64,000 nt of DNA from Phycisphaerae bacterium. Lineage in GTDB: Bacteria; Planctomycetota; Phycisphaerae; UBA1845. The DNA is taken from positions 167 through 64,166 of the forward strand of contig DAOQSN010000030.1 of assembly GCA_035356615.1 (NCBI GenBank). Direction: 5' to 3'. Within the stretch, counting starts at the first letter, position 1. Every line of letters starts with the position of its first letter. Below are positions 8,724-15,884 of this stretch, piece after piece. The notes beneath the pieces are model-generated. The model saw only the letters and a list, made by a program, of their open reading frames with translations, ran no database searches and was not told where the DNA came from. A program made the position numbers and the translations under genes.

Positions 8724-9647
8724 ATGACCCAGGCGGCGGCGGATGTGGCGAGGCTTGACGCGCGCGCGGAGGCTCGGCTCGGCGTGCTGTTCGGGTTGGG
8801 GGCGTACGGCTTGTGGGGGGTGTTCCCGCTGTACTTCAAGGCCATCGCCCAGGTGCCGGCGCTGGAGGTGCTGGCGCACCGCATCGTCTGGTCGGTGCTC
8901 TTGTTGGTCGCGTTGGTGCTCTTGCAGAGACGGGGGCGGGCCCTGCTCCGCGTGCTGGCACATTGGCCGACCGCGCTCGCCCTCGCCACCACCACCGTGC
9001 TCATCGCGCTGAACTGGTTTGTCTTCATCTGGGCGGTCGCCAACAACCACGTGCTGCAAAGCAGCCTCGGCTACTTCATCAACCCCTTGGTCAACGTGCT
9101 GCTGGGCTTCGTGTTCCTGCGGGAGCGTTTGCGGCGTGGTCAGGTACTGGCGGTGGCCTTGGCCGCGGTAGGCGTGGGATTGCGGACGTGGCATCAGGTG
9201 CCGTGGATCGCGCTCGTGCTGGCCGGGTCGTTCGGGTTCTACGGTCTGCTACGCAAGGTGGCGCGGGTGGACGCCCTGCTCGGCTTGACGGTGGAGACGG
9301 CGCTGCTGGCGCCCTGGGCAGCCGGCTACTTGCTTTACCTCGGTGCACGCGGCGACGGCGCGTTCGGGGCCGTCTCACCGAAGCTGACCATCCTGCTGCT
9401 GCTCGCGGGTGTGATCACCGCCGTGCCGCTGCTGTGGTTCACACACGCCGCCAAACGCCTGACCCTGACCACCTTGGGTTTCCTCCAGTACCTCGCACCC
9501 ACCGGCCACTTCCTGCTGGCCGTGCTGGCGTTCGGCGAGCCCTTCACCCGGCACGACGTGCTCAGCTTCGCCCTGATCTGGTCGGCTCTGGGCATCTACT
9601 CCGCCGACGCGGTGCAGCGCGGGCGGCAGTTGGCACCGGTGGGTTAG
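8724..9647 (+). CDS. rarD: EamA-family transporter RarD
   Basis: AYGLWGVFPLYFK, EVLAHRIVWS, SLGYFINPL, FGFYGLLRK, LGFLQYLAPT motifs; about 10 TM segments. Confidence 0.92.
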   Translation: MTQAAADVARLDARAEARLGVLFGLGAYGLWGVFPLYFKAIAQVPALEVLAHRIVWSVLLLVALVLLQRRGRALLRVLAHWPTALALATTTVLIALNWFVFIWAVANNHVLQSSLGYFINPLVNVLLGFVFLRERLRRGQVLAVALAAVGVGLRTWHQVPWIALVLAGSFGFYGLLRKVARVDALLGLTVETALLAPWAAGYLLYLGARGDGAFGAVSPKLTILLLLAGVITAVPLLWFTHAAKRLTLTTLGFLQYLAPTGHFLLAVLAFGEPFTRHDVLSFALIWSALGIYSADAVQRGRQLAPVG

Positions 9648-9662
9648 CCGGTCAGGCGTGGT

Positions 9663-12284
9663 TCAGGCGCCGATTGCGGCCGTAATCGCGCTCCAGTTCG
9701 GGCCGCTCGGCATCACAAACAGGCAGTGTCCTCCACTACGCTCCGCCCACAACTGGCCGACGGCCCGCTTTTCCTGCGAGTCGTCGTTGCTCCAGCGATC
9801 TGCGCCCTTGTACTCGACAACAAGAATCCGCCCGTCGGTCAACTCGGCGACGAAGTCTGGGTAGAACTTGTCCGTCGAAGTCTGCAGCCAGAACGATGAA
9901 TCGGCCCGCCGCTCCAGGTTGCGAACCCAGTACTTCACCTGCGGCAGGGCGTCGATGAACGCGGCGCACTCGAATTCCTCACCCTCCGAGCGGAGCTCGC
10001 CAATCGTACGGAAGTAGTGTTTCTGGAACTGGAAGCCGCCTTCGTAGTACCAACCCGGCGAGTACCGATCTTGCGCGTAGCTGAGGCACAGTTCCGCGCT
10101 GACCTCAAGCAGTGCTCCGCTGCCCCCGAACAGCAACGCCTGATACGCCTGCCCTGCGTGATTCCGGCGATGCTCCGCGACCTTTGCTTGCACCGCCTTC
10201 CGCAGCCGGAACTTGTCCCGTGCGAGTTGCTCGACGCTCAGTCCGCGGGTTTGCACCAAGCTGCTAATCAAGTTGTGCATGAACAGACTCGACATCCCCT
10301 GCGGGATATCCGGGTGCGCAATCTGGCGGTCCAACCAGTTTGCCAGCGACTGGACGCTCCAACCCGGCTCCACGGCCAGAAGAATTAACTGCTCCTGCAC
10401 CTTGGCGACGAACTGGGTCATCTCGACCTGGCCCGCCTCGGACACGTCGATTTCACCGCCTGCCCCCGCCGCGCGCTGTGAGGGGAACTCAGCTTCCGAC
10501 AGGCCCGCATCACACTCTGCTAGGTTCCATTCGGTGTCCAGGAAATGGTCCGCCTCGAAGAGTTCCAGTTGTTCACCGACGCGGATTCCCAGCAAGGGCA
10601 CGCGGAACGGGTGGTCTTCACCGCCCGTGCGTTGCACCGGGGGGAGCGGCAGCCGACTGAGTTCGAAAAGCTCGTCTACCGCTTCCCGGTCTGCCTCAGT
10701 GGAACACCAACTCCGAAGGGTGAGACGGTCCGAATCCGAGAGGGGACGATGCGCGCGGAGTTCACCCGTGGCGGGCAGGTACTGGACGACCGCCTGAGTG
10801 GGTGAGGGAAGCGCATCTGCGTTCAGCCACGGAGTCACCACAACGGAGGGTATCGTCGCCGCGATTCCGACCCCAGTTCGGCCGCCACCGTCACTCCGCT
10901 GCACAAAGTCCGCCGCTTCCATGCGCTGAAAGCCCAGGTTCTCTACCAGCGTATCGCGAATGGACTCCGCCGCTTCGAGAAAGGCCGGTGAGGCGGCGAA
11001 CGCGTACGCGTAGTTCAGTTCGGCCCGCTTCTTCCGCTTGGCGCGAGGCATGCGCAACACACGCCCGAGAAGCTGCTCCACCGCCCGCGACGAGTGGATA
11101 TCAGCGACCGAGCAGAGGACGTACGCAAACGAACAGTCCCACCCCTCCTTCAGTGCCTGCACGGTGATGATGTAGCGCAGCCTGCAGTGGCGGTCGAACA
11201 GGTCCACGTCGTCAAGCTCGCGCGTCTGCCCGGTGGCAACTGCGATTTCATCCTCGGGAACCTTGAAGTCGTCAATGAGACACTGTCGCACGACTTCGAC
11301 GGTCAGCGTCTGCCGGGTCTGGCTCCGCGCCTGCGCCTGAAACAGCACCAGCGGGCGAATATACTCGCCGGAACCGCGCTCTTCGTCCTCCGCTGCGGCC
11401 TCGAGTTCCCGCCGCGTCGCCAGCGCCGACGCGACGACTTCTTTCCACTCGCCGTGCGTTCGCAGCCTGATCGGCAGCTTAATCATGTCGGCCGCTTTCA
11501 GTTCCGCGGCCGACACGTGGTGGAGGACGTTGCTGGCGAACAGTTCCCGCTCCGGGCGGTGTTCGGTCTGGGGAGTCGCCGTGAACTCGATAATACACGA
11601 CGGGCTGAACCGGGCGAGCGTGTCGAAGGAAAGCGGCGTCCGGGCGTTGTGGGCCTCGTCCACCACGACCAGCGGGCGGCGCAACCGCAACACGTTGCAC
11701 AGGGAATACGGGATGCTCCCATCTTGCCGCTTCTCAAGTTGGCCTTCCAGCTCAGGCGGCAGCCCCGTGAAATGATGTTGCAGAGCGCCTGCTGGCTCGT
11801 ACACCTTCAGCCCTTCGGTATCGTCACGTCGCAAGGCCTGCAAAGTTGAAACGATAACCGTCGTGTCCCCGTCCAGCGTGGCACGCTGAACGTAGAGCGC
11901 TTCGGCAAGGTCCATGACCCGCACGTTGCCCGCGAACCGCGCGTCCAGCACCTGCCGGTACGGGTGTTCGCGGTCGCGCAGCGCCTTCAGGGTCTGTTCG
12001 CGGATCGTGTTCGACGGCACCAGCCACAGGCACACCGCCTGGTCCGAGTGCAGGTACGCGCGCGCCGCGATGCCCACCGCGTGGGCAGCCATGAGCGTCT
12101 TCCCGCCGCCCGTCGGTGCGCGCAGGCACACGTACGGCAATCCCGGCAGGCTCGGCGCAGGCACATACGGACGGTTCGTCGTGAGCACGAAAGCTCGTTG
12201 TGCCCCATGCTCCCCCGCGGCGGACAGGTACTCTTCCAGTACCTCCAGGCTGCGCTCTTGGTAGTCGCGAAGTTCGAGCATCAA
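9663..12284 (-). CDS. res: Type III restriction enzyme Res subunit (SF2 helicase + PD-(D/E)XK nuclease)
   Basis: PTGGGKT Walker A, DEAH, EFTATP, ALKEGWDC, EQLLGRVLRMP; C-terminal FYPDFVAELTDGRILVVEYKG. Confidence 0.9.
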   Translation of the reverse strand: MMLELRDYQERSLEVLEEYLSAAGEHGAQRAFVLTTNRPYVPAPSLPGLPYVCLRAPTGGGKTLMAAHAVGIAARAYLHSDQAVCLWLVPSNTIREQTLKALRDREHPYRQVLDARFAGNVRVMDLAEALYVQRATLDGDTTVIVSTLQALRRDDTEGLKVYEPAGALQHHFTGLPPELEGQLEKRQDGSIPYSLCNVLRLRRPLVVVDEAHNARTPLSFDTLARFSPSCIIEFTATPQTEHRPERELFASNVLHHVSAAELKAADMIKLPIRLRTHGEWKEVVASALATRRELEAAAEDEERGSGEYIRPLVLFQAQARSQTRQTLTVEVVRQCLIDDFKVPEDEIAVATGQTRELDDVDLFDRHCRLRYIITVQALKEGWDCSFAYVLCSVADIHSSRAVEQLLGRVLRMPRAKRKKRAELNYAYAFAASPAFLEAAESIRDTLVENLGFQRMEAADFVQRSDGGGRTGVGIAATIPSVVVTPWLNADALPSPTQAVVQYLPATGELRAHRPLSDSDRLTLRSWCSTEADREAVDELFELSRLPLPPVQRTGGEDHPFRVPLLGIRVGEQLELFEADHFLDTEWNLAECDAGLSEAEFPSQRAAGAGGEIDVSEAGQVEMTQFVAKVQEQLILLAVEPGWSVQSLANWLDRQIAHPDIPQGMSSLFMHNLISSLVQTRGLSVEQLARDKFRLRKAVQAKVAEHRRNHAGQAYQALLFGGSGALLEVSAELCLSYAQDRYSPGWYYEGGFQFQKHYFRTIGELRSEGEEFECAAFIDALPQVKYWVRNLERRADSSFWLQTSTDKFYPDFVAELTDGRILVVEYKGADRWSNDDSQEKRAVGQLWAERSGGHCLFVMPSGPNWSAITAAIGA

Positions 12285-12292
12285 GGCTCCCT

Positions 12293-12490
12293 TCAGCCGG
12301 CGACCTGAAACTGCATGCTCTGCACCTGCGCGACGCGTTTCGACGCGTCCAGAATCTCGATGCCCACCAGGTTCCCGCCCGCGTCGTAATCGAGGATCAC
12401 ACCCGGCTTGTCCTCATCGCTCTCGGCCACCGGTCCGGGCTTCAACTCCAGCGTCAGCGTGTCCGTCTTTGGGTCGTAGGTCGCTTTCAT
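12293..12490 (-). CDS. DUF2283-family protein (putative antitoxin)
   Basis: MKATYDPKTDTLTLEL...GVILDYDAGGNLVGIEILDAS is the typical DUF2283 pattern. ATGA overlap with the upstream gene. Confidence 0.85.
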   Translation of the reverse strand: MKATYDPKTDTLTLELKPGPVAESDEDKPGVILDYDAGGNLVGIEILDASKRVAQVQSMQFQVAG

Positions 12491-12741
12491 GGGCGACTCC
12501 TGTACTTGTCCACCTTGCGCATGCGATACGCGGTCAAGACTTCTGCGGCTTCGCGGTCCACGTCCACGACGACCCGCAGCAAATGCTGCCCTATCATACA
12601 TTGAACCAGCACCCGTCCCGCCCGGACGGGAACCACCTCATGCGGCGCCGCCAACACCCTCCGCACGTCGGCTTCGGCTACCTGGTGTCGAGCCATTTGC
12701 AGCGCGCCGTGCTCCGTGATGATAGCGCCTCTCAGGTCCAT
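12487..12741 (-). CDS. DUF4258-family protein (putative RNase toxin)
   Basis: ITEHGALQMARHQVAEADVRRVL...LLRVVVDVD...EVLTAYR. TGATG overlap with the mod stop codon. Confidence 0.75.
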   Translation of the reverse strand: MDLRGAIITEHGALQMARHQVAEADVRRVLAAPHEVVPVRAGRVLVQCMIGQHLLRVVVDVDREAAEVLTAYRMRKVDKYRSRP

Positions 12742-14393
12742 CAGGTCACCTTGATCTCATAGGGGATTTGCCGGAACACGATGCCCTCGCGTTTCAGGCG
12801 CGCCGCCCCCAGGCGACAGCTTTCACCGTAGATGACCCTCACCGTTACCTCTCCCTGGGAGGGAGACGCGTCGGGAAGCTCGCGGAGAACAGCCCCGGTA
12901 AGAACGTTCCCACCGTTCGGGCGTTTATCGCCCATCACGCCGTTGAACAACAAGTACACGGCCTTGCCGTTGTGAACTCCAAGCAGCGGCGAATACCCCC
13001 TCTCCCTCCCAGGGAGAGGGCTGGGGTGAGGGTCGGCGCCGTTGGCGCGCCGCGGCGTCCTCGGAATCGGCGCGCCGGTTTCGGTGAAGAACACATGCCC
13101 CGCCAGCTCGGGGAAGCGGACCGATTCGTGGATGTTGCCGCGCTCGTCAAACAGCGGCTCGCCCAGCTTGCAGTAGCGGAAGCCGCCGCCGCACGCGGGA
13201 ACCGCATCGCCCTTGCCTTCGACAACGCGTCGCAACCGCTGTGCCGCTACGCTTGCGGCGATGCTCTCGTCCATTTCGACCAGTACAAACCGTCGCTGTC
13301 CGCCGTCCGCTTTGTTCAGCGCTAGCACTGCGTGCCCCGTCGTAGCGCTCCCAGCGAACGAATCAAGCACAATCGAATCCCTGTCGGTCGCGATTTCGAG
13401 AATGCGTCGGATGAGGCGCGTGGGCTTGGGGGTATCGAAGGCGTTCTCGTCTCCCAGAAGCGCCACGACCTCCTTCTTGGCCTCTTGCGTGTGTCCGACC
13501 TCGTCGTTTGACCACCAAGTCCACACTGAGTTTCCGCCTGACTCGGACAGAAAGGTCTTTCGGCGCGGCATCGCATTGCCGTCCTTCCCGAACCAGATAC
13601 GCCCGTCCCGAACCAGTTCCAGGAACACAGATTCGACGTTCTTCCAGCAGACACCGGGAGGCGGTCGATACTCCTTTCCACCCGGGGTCCGAATCGTGTA
13701 CATCTGATTAGGGCGATATCCCTGTGCCGTGTAGTCCGAAGACACCCACGGCCCGCGCGGGTCATTGTCGGGATTCTTGAATTGCGCCGCCTGTTTTTTG
13801 CTTTTGGGTATCTTGCGAAACCTTACGGTGTCTGAGTTCTTCGCATAGAGGACTACGTAGTCATGTGCCGTGCTGAACGAGAGGCGCATGTCAGGCGACG
13901 TGCGTTTCTGCCAGACAGCGTTTGCCACGAAGTTGCGAACGCCGAATAGTTCGTCCATCATTCCCCGTAGGCCTTGCAGCTCAGTATCGTCGATGCTGAC
14001 GAAGAGGACCCCGTCTTCGGTCAGAAACTCCCGTAGCAGTGCAAGCCGCGGGTACATCATGCACAGCCACTTGTCGTGGCGCGACAGATCTTCGGCTTCG
14101 GCACCGACGACCTTCCCCAGCCAGTGCCGCATTTCCGGGCTGTTCACGGCATCGTTGTAGACCCACTTTTCATTCCCCGTGTTGTAGGGCGGGTCGATGT
14201 AGATGCACTTGACCTTGCCGGCGTAGTAGGGCAGCAGGGCCTTGAGCGCTTCCAGGTTGTCCCCCTGCACAAGCAGATTCCCGGCGTCCGGGCCGCCGGC
14301 CGACAGGCTCGCGTCACAGTGCAGCAGGCGGTACGGCACCTGCTTGTGGTGGTTCAGAACGGCTTTCTTGCCTATCCAGTCCAGCGTGGGCAT
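12741..14393 (-). CDS. mod: Type III site-specific DNA methyltransferase (Mod, beta-class)
   Basis: GDNLEALK, IYIDPPYNTG, FDTPKP, VLDSFAGSATTGHA; start MPTLDWIGK. Confidence 0.92.
   Translation of the reverse strand: MPTLDWIGKKAVLNHHKQVPYRLLHCDASLSAGGPDAGNLLVQGDNLEALKALLPYYAGKVKCIYIDPPYNTGNEKWVYNDAVNSPEMRHWLGKVVGAEAEDLSRHDKWLCMMYPRLALLREFLTEDGVLFVSIDDTELQGLRGMMDELFGVRNFVANAVWQKRTSPDMRLSFSTAHDYVVLYAKNSDTVRFRKIPKSKKQAAQFKNPDNDPRGPWVSSDYTAQGYRPNQMYTIRTPGGKEYRPPPGVCWKNVESVFLELVRDGRIWFGKDGNAMPRRKTFLSESGGNSVWTWWSNDEVGHTQEAKKEVVALLGDENAFDTPKPTRLIRRILEIATDRDSIVLDSFAGSATTGHAVLALNKADGGQRRFVLVEMDESIAASVAAQRLRRVVEGKGDAVPACGGGFRYCKLGEPLFDERGNIHESVRFPELAGHVFFTETGAPIPRTPRRANGADPHPSPLPGRERGYSPLLGVHNGKAVYLLFNGVMGDKRPNGGNVLTGAVLRELPDASPSQGEVTVRVIYGESCRLGAARLKREGIVFRQIPYEIKVT
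12848..12866 (+). repeat. Hairpin remnant of the CCCTCTCCC/GGGAGAGGG repeat inside mod
   Basis: cctctccctgggagggaga is the exact 19-nt reverse complement of 13001-13019. It encodes part of ASPSQGEV. Confidence 0.7.
12998..13032 (-). repeat. CCCTCACCC-n-CCCTCTCCC-loop-GGGAGAGGG palindromic element, in frame inside mod
   Basis: Minus strand ccctcaccccagccctctccctgggagggagaggg encodes PHPSPLPGRERG. Confidence 0.9.
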
Positions 14394-14529
14394 TCGCGGC
14401 CAGCCTCCGTCAGCACCCGGCGTCCGCACGGATTATGCCCGGCAGGGTCCCGCTGTAAAGTGGGAATCTCGGCAGGGGCGGCGTCTGGCAGGGAGCCGGC
14501 GCACGTGGACCCGTGCCAGCCGACGCACA

Positions 14530-14561
14530 GCATGCCCACGCTGCGCGAGGGCATGGCACCC
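14530..14561. repeat. Short partial copy of the GGGTGCCATGC family
   Basis: gcatgcccacgctgcgcgagggcatggcaccc resembles the termini of the 2846-2988 and 20154-20296 element. Confidence 0.6.
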
Positions 14562-14597
14562 AGCGGGGGCACCCGGCGCGGACTCGCAGACGGTGAT

Positions 14598-15593
14598 TCA
14601 GGTGTGCAGCTCCACGATGTCCTTGTCGTGCAGGATGTGATCAAGCTCGACGTTCTGGCCGTCGGCCACGCCGGAGCCCCAGAGGCGTGCGGCGCGCACG
14701 CGGTGCTCGTGGCCGTGGTACACCTTGCGGGCAAGCTCGTGCACGTTGCTGCCGGCCGGCAGGATGAAGGGGTCGGCAAGGTCGGGCTTCTTGCCCGGCG
14801 GCTTCGCGTAGATGCGGATGACACGCACCAGCTTGAAGAACAGCTCCGGCAGGCGGGCCATGCGCTCGGGGTCGCGCGTGGAGAGCGGCTCGATGCGCGC
14901 ACGCGTGCCGACGAGCTCCCGCAGCAACTCCAGGCGCTCGTCCGCGCCGGCCGCGTCGATCTTGTTGGCCAGCACCAGGCCGGGGACTTTCAACATCGCC
15001 CCCGGCTGGGCCGGATGCTCACGCGGACCGTCCGTCAGCTCGACGTTGCGCTCCGCCAGGTGATTGAGGCACGTCTCGACGTCCTCCAATACAGAGTTGC
15101 TGGCGAGGTCCGCCACTACCAGCAGGACGTCGGCCGACCGCCACAGGCCCGGAAAACCCGCGGGCACGTCGTCGGCCGTGACCGGCGGCGTGTCCACAAG
15201 CTGAATCTGCACGTCCTCGTAGTGGACCATGCCCGGCACCGGCAGGGCCGTGGCGAAGGGGTATTCCGTGATCTTCACGTGCGCGCTGGTCAGCCCGCCG
15301 ACGATGGACGATTTGCCGACGTTCGGCGTGCCGAGCAACACGACCTGCCCCGCGCCGCCCCTGGGGATGCTGAACGGGTTGGCCTGGCCGGGGCCCTTGC
15401 GCTCGACCTGCTGCAACGCCTTGCGCGCCGCGGAGAGCTTCTTCTTGAGGTCAGCCTGGAGCTTCTCCGACGACTTGTGCTTGGGCAGCTCGCGCCACAT
15501 CTCCTCCAGCGCGGCCAACTTCTCCTCGGGCGTGGTGGCCGCCCGGTACCTGGCCTCGGCCGCGAGGTACTGCGGTGTCAAGTTGGCGGCCAT
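14598..15593 (-). CDS. DRG/OBG-family GTPase with C-terminal TGS domain
   Basis: MAANLTPQY start, LEEMWRELPKHKSSEKL, G1 GTPNVGKSS, G3 DTPP, G4 NKID, TGS tail with GQNVELDHILHDKDIVELH. Confidence 0.9.
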   Translation of the reverse strand: MAANLTPQYLAAEARYRAATTPEEKLAALEEMWRELPKHKSSEKLQADLKKKLSAARKALQQVERKGPGQANPFSIPRGGAGQVVLLGTPNVGKSSIVGGLTSAHVKITEYPFATALPVPGMVHYEDVQIQLVDTPPVTADDVPAGFPGLWRSADVLLVVADLASNSVLEDVETCLNHLAERNVELTDGPREHPAQPGAMLKVPGLVLANKIDAAGADERLELLRELVGTRARIEPLSTRDPERMARLPELFFKLVRVIRIYAKPPGKKPDLADPFILPAGSNVHELARKVYHGHEHRVRAARLWGSGVADGQNVELDHILHDKDIVELHT

Positions 15594-15668
15594 CAGCGCA
15601 GCTCCCTTTCCGCACGCCACTGCTCACCTATGATGACAGATGTTCGCGGCGATCCCCGCCCTGAGCAA

Positions 15669-15752
15669 CCCCCCTCCCTCCCAGGGAGGGGTCCGGGAGG
15701 GTTGAACCACCGCGGCATTCCCCTCACCCTGCCCTCTCCACATACGGGCGGG
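15669..15752. repeat. Head-to-head doublet of the CCCTCACCC palindromic element (reverse copy + 18-nt spacer + forward copy), intergenic
   Basis: Spacer ttgaaccaccgcggcatt is 13/18 identical to the spacer tcaagccaacgcggcact of the doublet inside mnmE. Confidence 0.8.
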
Positions 15753-15783
15753 CAACCGCAAGGGCATGATAGCCCGTTTCCGC

Positions 15784-15812
15784 TTGAATCAGGCGGGCCG
15801 CATGGGTATGAT
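15784..15812 (+). promoter_or_regulatory. Sigma70-type promoter of the repeat-protein gene
   Basis: TTGAAT-17 nt-TATGAT. RBS AAGGAGAGG precedes GTG at 15885. Confidence 0.7.
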
Positions 15813-15884
15813 GGCAGCTTCAAGTCCGATAAATGGGAAATGTCAGTTCAGCAGGCGAGGGCCAGGCTTTACAAGGAGAGGACT

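Noticed and set aside
10800-10808. CCCTCACCC (LPSPT) inside res as another repeat insertion
   Set aside because: Only the 9-nt motif is present without the hairpin, so chance occurrence in high-GC DNA is likely.
14076-15884. N-terminal 603 aa of the 1453-aa ORF 14076..18437
   Set aside because: It is antisense to mod and the GTPase and runs through intergenic repeats. A promoter, RBS and signal peptide define the real start at GTG 15885.
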